A DNA stretch of 63,720 bases, counting the filler, from Octopus bimaculoides (Eukaryota), in assembly GCF_001194135.2 (NCBI RefSeq). It is 6 parts of 6 records of this genome, joined end to end, with 100 filler letters (N's around TTAATTAATTAA, not from the genome) between each part and the next. Parts side by side here need not be neighbours in the genome. Positions count along the whole stretch, not along the records: positions 37,882 to 59,871 come from NC_068999.1; positions 59,972 to 61,727 come from NW_026439927.1; positions 61,828 to 63,720 come from NC_068983.1; 3 more parts are not named here. One strand, given 5' to 3'. Below the pieces are notes generated by a model. The model ran no database searches and was not told the DNA's origin. It saw only the letters and a list, made by a program, of their open reading frames with translations. Shown piece by piece: positions 52,191-63,720 of this stretch (positions within the stretch are counted from its first letter, which is position 1; the number at the start of each line of letters is the position of its first letter). A program made the translations under genes and the position numbers.

Positions 52191-53198
52191 GCCATGTGCC
52201 TATATATATATATATATNNNNNNNNNNNNNNNNNNNNNNNNNNNNNNNNNNNNNNNNNNNNNNNNNNNNNNNNNNNNNNNNNNNNNNNNNNNNNNNNNNN
52301 NNNNNNNNNNNNNNNNNNNNNNNNNNNNNNNNNNNNNNNNNNNNNNNNNNNNNNNNNNNNNNNNNNNNNNNNNNNNNNNNNNNNNNNNNNNNNNNNNNNN
52401 NNNNNNNNNNNNNNNNNNNNNNNNNNNNNNNNNNNNNNNNNNNNNNNNNNNNNNNNNNNNNNNNNNNNNNNNNNNNNNNNNNNNNNNNNNNNNNNNNNNN
52501 NNNNNNNNNNNNNNNNNNNNNNNNNNNNNNNNNNNNNNNNNNNNNNNNNNNNNNNNNNNNTATATATAAATATATACTTACATATACATTTAGCTTAACG
52601 ATGCCATCTGGCAATACCAGATTTTGGGGGCCACACTGAGCTGTGCCGATGTAATCTAGGGTAAATATACAAATAACTGTGATCATAACTTTTGGGTGTT
52701 AATCATAAATATTTTAAGGCATCGCTACATGTTTTTCCATAGATCAAGTGTTTCTTAAGACCACAGTCTTATGAACACACCTAAAATGCATACCAGAAAC
52801 AGCTGTAAAATGCACATAAAATAAGTCTATGGAACCCATTGCTTATAGCTTATAAGTATAGGTATATATGTATGTATACTTTTAGTCTTTTATTCTTTTA
52901 CACGTTTCAGTTGTTTGACTGCGGCCAGGCTGGAGCAGCGCCTTTACTCGAAGAAATCTACCTCAAATTTTCCCCCTTATCATTTATATATATATATATA
53001 TACAGAGGGATAGATAGATAGATAGATCCATTGATTAGTAGATCGAGACCACGTGGCTGTATCGTGTGGATTGCTGTATTGATTATATACCTTTTTAAGA
53101 GTTGGAAAGTAAAAAGAAAGTCAGAGCAAGAGGGTGAGTGGGGAAGTGAGGAACATTAAGTACTCGGTTCGAGTGAGACTGAGACAAAGAATGAAAGC

Positions 53199-53236
<38 letters not shown>

Positions 53237-54201
53237 GAGAGAGGGATGTGAGAACTAATGTAAAGAACATGGAGATGGAGAGAGCAGGGNNNNNNNNNNN
53301 NNNNNNNNNNNNNNNNNNNNNNNNNNNNNNNNNNNNNNNNNNNNNNNNNNNNNNNNNNNNNNNNNNNNNNNNNNNNNNNNNNNNNNNNNNNNNNNNNNNN
53401 NNNNNNNNNNNNNNNNNNNNNNNNNNNNNNNNNNNNNNNNNNNNNNNNNNNNNNNNNNNNNNNNNNNNNNNNNNNNNNNNNNNNNNNNNNNNNNNNNNNN
53501 NNNNNNNNNNNNNNNNNNNNNNNNNNNNNNNNNNNNNNNNNNNNNNNNNNNNNNNNNNNNNNNNNNNNNNNNNNNNNNNNNNNNNNNNNNNNNNNNNNNN
53601 NNNNNNNNNNNNNNNNNNNNNNNNNNNNNNNNNNNNNNNNNNNNNNNNNNNNNNNNNNNNNNNNNNNNNNNNNNNNNNNNNNNNNNNNNNNNNNNNNNNN
53701 NNNNNNNNNNNNNNNNNNNNNNNNNNNNNNNNNNNNNNNNNNNNNNNNNNNNNNNNNNNNNNNNNNNNNNNNNNNNNNNNNNNNNNNNNNNNNNNNNNNN
53801 NNNNNNNNNNNNNNNNNNNNNNNNNNNNNNNNNNNNNNNNNNNNNNNNNNNNNNNNNNNNNNNNNNNNNNNNNNNNNNNNNNNNNNNNNNNNNNNNNNNN
53901 NNNNNNNNNNNNNNNNNNNNNNNNNNNNNNNNNNNNNNNNNNNNNNNNNNNNNNNNNNNNNNNNNNNNNNNNNNNNNNNNNNNNNNNNNNNNNNNNNNNN
54001 NNNNNNNNNNNNNNNNNNNNNNNNNNNNNNNNNNNNNNNNNNNNNNNNNNNNNNNNNNNNNNNNNNNNNNNNNNNNNNNNNNNNNNNNNNNNNNNNNNNN
54101 NNNNNNNNNNNNNNNNNNNNNNNNNNNNNNNNNNNNNNNNNNNNNNNNNNNNNNNNNNNNNNNNNNNNNNNNNNNNNNNNNNNNNNNNNNNNNNNNNNNN
54201 N

Positions 54202-54256
<55 letters not shown>

Positions 54257-54888
54257 ACATATAATATGTATGTGTACATACATATATGTGTAATGTGTGC
54301 ATTTATATTTGCACGCTACCATGTATGTTTATATATAGATGTGGCTATATATATATATGTATTTATACATATATACATGTATATTTGCATGTATGTATGT
54401 ATGCATGTGGTTGTGAGTTCATATCTATCCTAATGCCTGTGTCTTTCTCTCTCTCCCTCCCTCTCTCTCCCTGACCCCCCTCTTTCACTCTCTCTCCCTG
54501 CCTTCCTTTTTTTTTCTTTCTCGGACAGTCTCTCCCTCTCGGAGAGTCTCTCGCTATCTGTCCGTCTGTTTTCATTTCTGTAAAGCCAATACAGTCCAGC
54601 CATTATCAGGCCAATCTAAAATTCACTTCCTCTTCAAGGGTTCTATCGTTAATTGAATCGAAGAAATCAATGCGCGGTTAGGGGGTTAGGGTCAAATAAT
54701 AGTTCAAGCATTCACTGCGTGCACAAAAACCTTCCACACGCACACGCACGCGCGCGCGCATACACACGCATGCACAAACAAACACATACACACACACACA
54801 GAGACATACGTAAACAAACAATCAGTATGTGTATATTTGTGTATATATGTATGTGCAGAATCACGTGTGTAGATATACGTGTGTGTAA

Positions 54889-54919
<31 letters not shown>

Positions 54920-54977
54920 TATATGTATATATATATACATGCATACATATATATGTATATATATGTATGTATGTATG

Positions 54978-55021
<44 letters not shown>

Positions 55022-55815
55022 TATATATATATACATATATATATTCACACACATACATATATGTACATATATATACACACACATAGATATATATATATAT
55101 ATACACATATATACATATATATATGTACACACACATACACATATATATATACATGTACATATACATTTATATATATATTTATACACGCATAGACATATAT
55201 GTATATACAAATATGTACATATACATATAAACACAAGGAGATATGTTTATACATAGTGTGGTACTTGCAAATGTAGATATGTCGATGTGGTAAGAAGTCT
55301 GCTTCCGAACAACATGTTTCAGGGTTCAGCCCCATTGCGTGGTATCATTATTCCGGACCACATAGACGATTGAAACTGCTCTTGGACTCGTGGAACTCTA
55401 CCGATTTAACTCCTGATATCATTTATGTTCTGTAAGTCGGACTATTTTGCATCGATACACACGTACACTTTTTTTTTCTATTAAATGTGTTTAATAGTCT
55501 GTGTCAATCGAATTGCCTAACTTGCTTCTCATTACATTTACTCATCTACTGGCACAAGTTCACATCCCTTGAGCACTTCGAAGTGTATTCTATAGAGATT
55601 ACACCTGTCTCTTGCCTAAAAACTTTACATATATATATATATATATATATATATANNNNNNNNNNNNNNNNNNNNNNNNNNNNNNNNNNNNNNNNNNNNN
55701 NNNNNNNNNNNNNNNNNNNNNNNNNNNNNNNNNNNNNNNNNNNNNNNNNNNNNNNNNNNNNNNNNNNNNNNNNNNNNNNNNNNNNNNNNNNNNNNNNNNN
55801 NNNNNNNNNNNNNNN

Positions 55816-56098
55816 TATACAATATACAATATAAAATAAAATAAAATAAAAATGGATGGCACCATGAAAGAAAGTATTGAATGTAGATGAAATATTGAGT
55901 GTTCAATATAAAGGATCAAATATATAAATATATATATATAAATATATATAAATATATATTGTATATAAATATATATTGTATATTGTATATTATATTATAT
56001 ATTGTATATTCCATATTCTATACCCCACATTAGCTCTGCAGGAATATAAATAAAACATAAAAAACAGACAGTGTTGGAACTCTTTTAAACAAAATAAT
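55816..56098. mobile_element. Second copy of the 20-kb hammerhead-associated unit, with its 5' part inverted
   Basis: 55816-55921 matches the reverse complement of about 20126-20232; 55990-56098 matches about 20214-20330 directly. Only a few mismatches. Confidence 0.85.
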
Positions 56099-56099
56099 A

Positions 56100-56508
56100 T
56101 ACTCTTTACTCTTTTACTCCTTTACTTGGTTCAGTCATTTGACTGCGGCCATGCTGGGGCACCGCCTTTAGTCGAGCAAATCGACCCCGGGACTTATTCT
56201 TTGTAAGCTTGGTACTAATTTTATCGATCTCTTTTGCCGAACCGCTAAGGTTACGGGGACATAAACACACCAGCATTGGTTGTCAAGCAATGCTAGGGGG
56301 ACAAACACAGGCACACAAACACATATATATATATATACATATATATACGACGGGCTTCTTTCAGTTTCCGTCTACCAAATCCACTCACAAGGCTTTGGTC
56401 GGCCCGAGGCTATAGTAGAAGACACTTGCCTAAGATGCCACGCAGTGGGACTGAACCCGGAACCATGTGGTTGATAAGCAAGCTACTTACTACACAGCCA
56501 CTCCTGCG
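56100..56508 (-). mobile_element. SINE family A (young, CpGs retained)
   Basis: Reverse complement of the family A consensus. Confidence 0.9.
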
Positions 56509-56766
56509 CTTACATATATGTTTTATACATACGTTAAGACTAACGTTGGTTTCATGTTAAGAGAAATCCCTTACCAGTTATCAAGCCTACCATATGAAGG
56601 GGTTTCATGAAACCAATGGCAGCTTGAACTAAACCCATAAATAAAATGGTTTTATCAAGCAACGCTGTGTTGAGCACATATTTTCATTGTTAGGCATTGA
56701 TATTAGGCATTGATGTGTATGTGTTTATATGTGTGTGTAGACAGATAGAAGAATAGTTAGATACAC

Positions 56767-56821
<55 letters not shown>

Positions 56822-58124
56822 GAGACATACGTATACATATATACATATATTCATAAACTCAGTGATACAAATTTATATTCAGGCACAAAGTTGCTGGTGT
56901 TAAGTCAGTAATGGTCGTCATTCAATTCTGGCCGAAACTCTTCTAAGTTTTTAAAAGTGTGTGTGCTTATATTGTGTGTCTGTGTGTATGTGTGTGTGTG
57001 TCTGTACCTTTGTGTGTACGTGTGTGTGCGTGCATGTGCGCACGTATAAATATGTGCATGCATATATACATACATACATACATACACATATGCATGCATC
57101 ACCGACCTTATATCGAATGTTTCTGAAATCGGGAAACCATTGATTACAATCTCCATATTTCTTGTATCTATGACATAACAGAATGATGCTATGAATTCAG
57201 AAGCTTTTAAACGGGGCCACGAGAAGTTAGTCGAGTAGCAGTGGTATTGCAGAACGATCCAACTAGCCGACATCTTGTATCAATGCGTGAGTTTTTGATG
57301 AAATAGACATGAGTGCTATTTTGTCCCAGAAGGTATTTGATCTCAGGAATAAAATAAATCTCTGTCGATGCTCTAATCATTCCGATAATTCACTATCTCT
57401 ACTGACACTTTAGTTGCCGGTTCTGAAAGTTTTTAATTTGAATTTGACTTCCTTCGAATTTGAATGCACACGCTGAGGACCAGAACAAATATCTCAAGCT
57501 TTCTATTCGGAACCCTAACGATTCTAGGAACGTGTTAATTTACAAACGCACGGAGTGGAAAACCTTCATGGCCTTTCTTTTTCATTTTGATTGCTTGGCA
57601 CGGGCACTATTTTGGTTTTTTGCTGGTCTCAAGGATTAGAAATAATTAATAGGGAGGAAGCTATCCTGAAACCTTCAACCTCGCTCGATTACTGGCAACC
57701 GAGAGAAAGACAGCCAAAGACGAGGCTTTGGTACAAAAATACGTAATGAATAACAAACATACACGTGTACACACTTTTATACATATACATAGAAATATAC
57801 TCACATACATAAATATATATGGATGTGTGTGTGTCTATGAGTGTGTGTCTGTGTGTGTTTGTGAGTCTCTCACACTCTCTCATTATGTGTAAAGATAGAT
57901 ATTTAGTGATGCATGTGAAGATTGATGTCATCAGACTAAAGTACATATGATTCACTTAATATCTTTGGTGAGACGATGTTTCAGAAGATAATGTCGTCGG
58001 AACAATAACCTGTTATATTATTGTCGATCAATAAACAATTTATTTATATATTTCACCATATTAGTAGAAATCAATAGGCTATATGCATATTGCGTTATAT
58101 TAATATGAATCAATACAATAGAAC

Positions 58125-58340
58125 GGGGAGATGGCAGAATCGCTAGCATGCCGGACAAAATGCTTCGCGGCATTTCATCCGTATTTACGTTCTGAGTTCG
58201 AATTTTACTGTGGTTGACATTGCCTTTAATTCTTTCAGGGTTGAAAAGGTAAGTACCAGTTGATTACTGGGGTTCAATGTCATTGACTTACGTCCTGCCT
58301 CGAACTTGCTCGTCTTCTACAAACATTTGAAAGCCGTATA
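58125..58340 (+). mobile_element. SINE family B
   Basis: 'gagatggcagaatcgctagcatgccggacaaaatgctt...gagttcgaatt...ctttcaggggttgaaaaggtaagtaccag'. Confidence 0.8.
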
Positions 58341-58687
58341 AATCAATTTTTGTATTTTAATAGAAAGACATTCGCTGAAAAGTAATTTGATGGTAAAATC
58401 GGTAGATCGTCGGACAAAGTACATTTAATATTTGCCTAGATCTTTTTGGAGTACAGATCATACTTATAGCCAATTTGCTTTTAATTCATCAAAGGTTTAT
58501 AAAATACATAAAAGAGGTTCCTTTTTAATATTGTGTAATGTACAAAGTTGTTTTCCAGTATTGTCCAATGCTTGAACATTGTAAGAGGAGAGGTATTAAA
58601 TTAAAATGGAGCAGATATATATGCAATTAAAATACATACATGCGTACACACACACAAACACATGCACACACATACATGTGAATGAAC

Positions 58688-58849
58688 ATGGCTCTGTGGT
58701 TAGAGTGCCGGGTTCACTATGCTGAGGTAGTGAGCTGGATTCCCGGAACAGGCTGTGTGTTGCGTTGTGTTCTTGAGCAAGACACTCTATTTCAGGTTGC
58801 ACCAGTTTCTGTAGAAATGAAATGCGATGTCACTGGTGCCAAGCTGTAT
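58688..58849 (+). mobile_element. SINE family C (5' part, runs into gap)
   Basis: Collinear with 24730-24860. Confidence 0.8.
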
Positions 58850-59350
58850 NNNNNNNNNNNNNNNNNNNNNNNNNNNNNNNNNNNNNNNNNNNNNNNNNNN
58901 NNNNNNNNNNNNNNNNNNNNNNNNNNNNNNNNNNNNNNNNNNNNNNNNNNNNNNNNNNNNNNNNNNNNNNNNNNNNNNNNNNNNNNNNNNNNNNNNNNNN
59001 NNNNNNNNNNNNNNNNNNNNNNNNNNNNNNNNNNNNNNNNNNNNNNNNNNNNNNNNNNNNNNNNNNNNNNNNNNNNNNNNNNNNNNNNNNNNNNNNNNNN
59101 NNNNNNNNNNNNNNNNNNNNNNNNNNNNNNNNNNNNNNNNNNNNNNNNNNNNNNNNNNNNNNNNNNNNNNNNNNNNNNNNNNNNNNNNNNNNNNNNNNNN
59201 NNNNNNNNNNNNNNNNNNNNNNNNNNNNNNNNNNNNNNNNNNGTTAGAAAAAATCTTCATTAAATTATGCTCCCAGTTCAGCATTCTGGCTTTTTTACAT
59301 TTTCCTATTATTTCTCAACGGGCGGTTAACACAACCCCACTATTTACTGA

Positions 59351-59384
<34 letters not shown>

Positions 59385-59871
59385 AGTCAATTCCAGAACG
59401 ATGAGAAGCAAATTTAATCTCGTTACGTTCTTAACGCTTAACATAAAGGATTGTATCTAAATACCAAAGGTACTTGAAATGAGGATTTAAAGATTCACTG
59501 CACCCATGTGGGTGTACGAGTGTATCTGCCTATCTCTGTGTTAGTGTGCGTGTGTGTGTGGATGTGCTTTCACTCAGCGTACCGAAAACGTATCCATTAG
59601 CATTCAGAGACAAGGCAGACTAGCAGACTATTAGAGGGCGTTGAAGAAATGATATGAATCTATACATTATAGCGGGGCCTAAAAGAATAGTAGGACCTGG
59701 CATTCCATTTTCTATTAGACAAGATACAATAGCGCAAATCAAATCAAAGAAAAAACCAGCTAAATCAGACATAACCACAAAATCACAAATATGATGTACA
59801 TAACATGAATATGCATATCTCTCTCTCTATCTATCTATCTATCTATCTATATTCATTTATATATATATATA

Positions 59872-59971
59872 NNNNNNNNNNNNNNNNNNNNNNNNNNNNN
59901 NNNNNNNNNNNNNNNTTAATTAATTAANNNNNNNNNNNNNNNNNNNNNNNNNNNNNNNNNNNNNNNNNNNN
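59872..59971. other. Artificial assembly spacer N44-TTAATTAATTAA-N44
   Basis: Linker at 59916-59927. Confidence 0.95.
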
Positions 59972-61727
59972 GGAGAGATAGTGAGAGTGAAATGTTTCTG
60001 TGGAAAGATCTGGAAGAATGACAAAGGGCTCAGATATATCAAGCTAGGTCCGTCTGTGGAAAAGAGGGGGCACAAGTGTAGGGCACAGTGGTAACACCTG
60101 GAGAGATGCAGAAGAAATCCAGGCTGGAAGCACCTAACAGGACTGGAAGTTTCTCAATACCTGTGTCACCTCAGGTCTTCATTAGGGGCTACCCATCCAA
60201 TAAGACAAGAGGAGTCCAATCCCAGCCAGCAAAAATGAATAAAATGGCCCAAGATGGATGAAACAAAGAAATGGCAACAACTGGACCAAGATCTCGACAT
60301 GATATTGGGGTACACTCTGGCAGGAAGAGCAGAACAGTAAGTGAATGCTTTTGTGACTATCGCATTCAATTTGGCAAAAGATCGATTTGCAGCAGCGGAT
60401 AGACAGGTCACCATAACCATTGAAAGGAAATTTAGCAGAAGAGCAAAAGAGATGCACCATCTGAGGGGAGAGATCAAGAACCACAATAAACATCATTAAA
60501 GGGTCTCTACTGATGAGAGAAAAGGCATCAGGGACTTGAGAAGTCAGCTTCGTGATCGTCTGAGAAGGCTTAAAAGGGCAGAAAGCACCCAGAAGCGGAG
60601 GAAAGAGAGGGAAACGAAGTGAGTGCAATTTGTCAGGAACCTGTTTAGGTTCAGCCGAACGCTGTTGGGGTAAACCAAATCAGGGAACTTAACCAGTTCC
60701 AAAGAAGAGGTAGAAGCATTTCTGAGGGAGACTCACAATGATGTCCTCAGAAAGGAAGTTCTTGATGTTAATCCAGATGCCAGTAGAGGTGAAATACCAG
60801 TATACAAATTCAACCTCAGGTGTCCATACTGTAAAGAAGTGGAACAAGTGGTGAAAAAGGCCAGATAAGCTTCAGTTCGTGGCCCAAGTGGTGAACCTTT
60901 TATAGTATACAAGAAATGCCTGCGGCTACTTCGGGGGCTGTGGACACTGTTTCGAATGATCTAGACAAAGGGTATCATTCCACCATATTGTAAGAAGGCG
61001 GAAGGATGTTTTGTACCAAAAGAAGAAAACTCCACAGCTGTTAATCAGTTCAGGACCAACTCCCACCTGAGTGTTGAGAGGAAGATCTTCTTTTTCGTAA
61101 TGGCCAAAAGGTTGACATCATACACGACTGAGAAGGAGTATATAAACACCTCTATCCAGAAAGGTGTGGTGCCGGGTTTCTCAGGATGTCTGGAACTAAA
61201 ATTCTCAGTCAGTTGATTCNNNNNNNNNNNNNNNNNNNNNNNNNNNNNNNNNNNNNNNNNNNNNNNNNNNNNNNNNNNNNNNNNNNNNNNNNNNNNNNNN
61301 NNNNNNNNNNNNNNNNNNNNNNNNNNNNNNNNNNNNNNNNNNNNNNNNNNNNNNNNNNNNNNNNNNNNNNNNNNNNNNNNNNNNNNNNNNNNNNNNNNNN
61401 NNNNNNNNNNNNNNNNNNNNNNNNNNNNNNNNNNNNNNNNNNNNNNNNNNNNNNNNNNNNNNNNNNNNNNNNNNNNNNNNNNNNNNNNNNNNNNTTTTCC
61501 CATTCTCTTCATAATGGGTATGAATCTATTCATATCAACTGCTGATGGAGAAGCCCAGGGACCAACAATGGAATTTGGCAGCTGTCAGCACCCAATAAGT
61601 GACCTCATGGATGATATTACAGTAACAGCAACAACCCATGTAGATGCAGAAAGAGGGCTGCCTTCACTAGAACACATGGCGACATGGGAAAGAATGAGGT
61701 TTAAGCCCAAAGCATCGAGGAGCATGG
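59972..61727 (+). mobile_element. Hero-clade (R2-like, RLE) non-LTR retrotransposon relic
   Basis: N-terminal CFCGKIWKNDKGLRY zinc-finger remnant; IKWPKM; ASVRGPSGEPFIVYKKC...AEGCFVPKEENS...QFRT...QKGVVPGFSGCLE; after the gap MGMNL...PISDLMDDITVT...WERMRFKPKASRS. Several stops. Confidence 0.88.
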
Positions 61728-61827
61728 NNNNNNNNNNNNNNNNNNNNNNNNNNNNNNNNNNNNNNNNNNNNTTAATTAATTAANNNNNNNNNNNNNNNNN
61801 NNNNNNNNNNNNNNNNNNNNNNNNNNN
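61728..61827. other. Artificial assembly spacer N44-TTAATTAATTAA-N44
   Basis: Linker at 61772-61783. Confidence 0.95.
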
Positions 61828-63654
61828 TATATATACATAGTTGTATAAAAAAAGCTTCATTCCTTTTTCTATCTACCAAACGCACTTACGTGACTAGTCG
61901 ACAACGCTTGCTCAAGTAGGACTAAGGCTGGAAAGGTGGTTGGAAAGCAAACTTCTTACCACATAGGTTCAATGTATACGTGTGTGTACGCGCGCGCGCG
62001 TGTGCGAGCGTGTGTGCGTGAGTGCGTGCATGAGTCTGTGTGTATATGCATGCACATATATGTATACATAAACGCGTATATATGTGTACATATATACCTG
62101 CAATTATATACTTGTGTATGTGTCTTATATGTGTGATCTATTGCATTAATATGGGTCTTATCGTATTAAGCAACATTTTCTATAGGGATAAACTTTATAT
62201 TGTAGCTATCATAAGTACTGTAACGTTGTCTAACGAGAAATTTATCAGTTTCCCCAGTGCACAATGTATTATCAGTTCAATAAACATGATGTGCTAGCGA
62301 GAGACAAGTTATATTGTGATATCTGTTTGATGAAAGATTTATTAATTTTCCCCGTACTGATATATACTAAGGAAACAGGGTTTCGAGGAAAAGTGTAGCC
62401 GACTTAGAAAATGTAATTTTGAGATAATCAATATCTCCATTGGAATTCTAGTAGACATAGTTCTCAACGATCAACACGGAACTTTTCGTAAGTAGTTGAC
62501 AGTCGCTGGACGTACTGGGAGAAAGACACATCTGCATCTTAGCTTCGTTCACGGCGTGTAAGGATTCGGGGATTTGCATAAAATATATTCTATTTCAACC
62601 GAAAATAATCATTTTGGAGTTTTAGTTTGTATAATAGAGGAGACACAATTTCAACTGGGAAAAAAATGTTACTTGCTCTATCACATAGAAGCAATAGTGT
62701 GCCTTATTTGTGTTACTTTTCGGCATCACTTCAGTGCAATTTTTGCTGATTGCGAACATGGTGGCGTGTACATATCTACTTATATCTAACAATGTGACAG
62801 TGTACAAAAGGGATTCAAAATGTACTTATGGTATCACATTTTCTAACATAGGCATTTTAAATTGGATACAGTCGGAAGCTACAATTTGACTTCGGTCAGT
62901 AAGGAAATCCGTGAGTCTAGAGTAAAAAATTCTTGCCAAATTTCCTTATGTTGTGAGTGAAAATTCTGTCGATTTCAATTCGCAGTACTAGCATCAACTT
63001 CAACGGTAGATCTAATATATCACTCGCTTTAACCTGACCATTGTTATGCAAGTGATGGTCATTCTAGTGCAATTTTCCTGGGCAGATTTCATGTGTACAA
63101 ACAGTTCGATATCTTAATGTATTGCTTCCTACTGCAATAAACCATGAGCTGTGTTTTTTTCCTCAAATCTTCAGGTGTTCAACAATAGTCTTGAACGCAA
63201 GCCATCCTATTCTGAGCCACAAGATAGCAAATCCTGATCTGGCTTATTGACATTTAAGAATGACACCGTATCATTGACGCATGAGGATTTAAAAAATATG
63301 TACTAGGCTTTATTCAAATGTTTCTGTTATTTATAAGCGTTTGACCACCGAACATTTGAAGCATAACATTAACTTATACAATTCTGCTGTTTCTTTGCTT
63401 GATGGTGATTTGCAGACTCGGCGTTATTACTTTTTCATCAATTGTATGCATATGAATACTTAATCATCAGATCTTGCAGGTGATGTTTTTTAACAATCGA
63501 CACTTTTAGAATCAAAAACAGCATATGAGCGTAAAAGAACTGGAAAATGAAATGAGTAACTGAAATCTCGCAAAACAAAGTTTGTTAGTAAATGATTTAT
63601 TATGGCATTCCTAAAACATGTAACGTGAAAGTGCAAAGAGCTGATACAATATTT

Positions 63655-63720
63655 ATAATATATTTAAGGTGGCGAGCTGGCAATATTTATAATATAATAA
63701 GGTGGCGAGCTGGCAGGAAC
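63655..63720 (+). mobile_element. Duplicated SINE family B 5' head
   Basis: 'taaggtggcgagctggca' occurs twice, each copy preceded by 'atatttataatata'; cut off by the window end. Confidence 0.6.

Noticed and set aside
63175-63237. Possible terminal coding exon (acceptor then VFNNSLERKPSYSEPQDSKS*)
   Set aside because: Good acceptor but only 20 codons, no identifiable homology, and no upstream exons in this 1.9-kb piece.

Overview
AT-rich, microsatellite-dense animal genomic DNA. The SINE and LINE families and a decayed 'CEICGKSF'-type zinc-finger array point to an octopus or other coleoid cephalopod assembly (inference). The window is not one contiguous locus: five identical 100-bp artificial spacers (N44-TTAATTAATTAA-N44) split it into six pieces (1-9977, 10078-30930, 31031-37781, 37882-59871, 59972-61727, 61828-63720), and there are many further N gaps. 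I could not identify any intact protein-coding gene; nearly all tracked ORFs are microsatellite or N-gap artefacts. The supportable content is mostly transposable elements: an RTE-type LINE with a PHD finger in its RT C-terminus plus very young 3' tails; a piggyBac transposase relic split by a Charlie/Buster hAT element with an 8-bp TSD; RTE-X, CR1-like and Hero LINE relics; a DD37D (maT)-like mariner; hAT and pogo-like MITEs; and three tRNA-derived SINE families. The most interesting observations are two hammerhead-ribozyme motifs in Penelope/retrozyme-like repeats (one inside a 330-bp fold-back element, one heading a young AT-rich unit whose second copy has a twin-priming-type inversion), a 3-kb CpG-dense ACGA/ACGT satellite that reverses polarity at its centre, a SINE-LINE shared 3' tail, a C2H2 zinc-finger pseudogene, and a CpG-rich block at about 10.5-18.8 kb with outward-facing splice signals that may be a divergent promoter/5'-UTR region.
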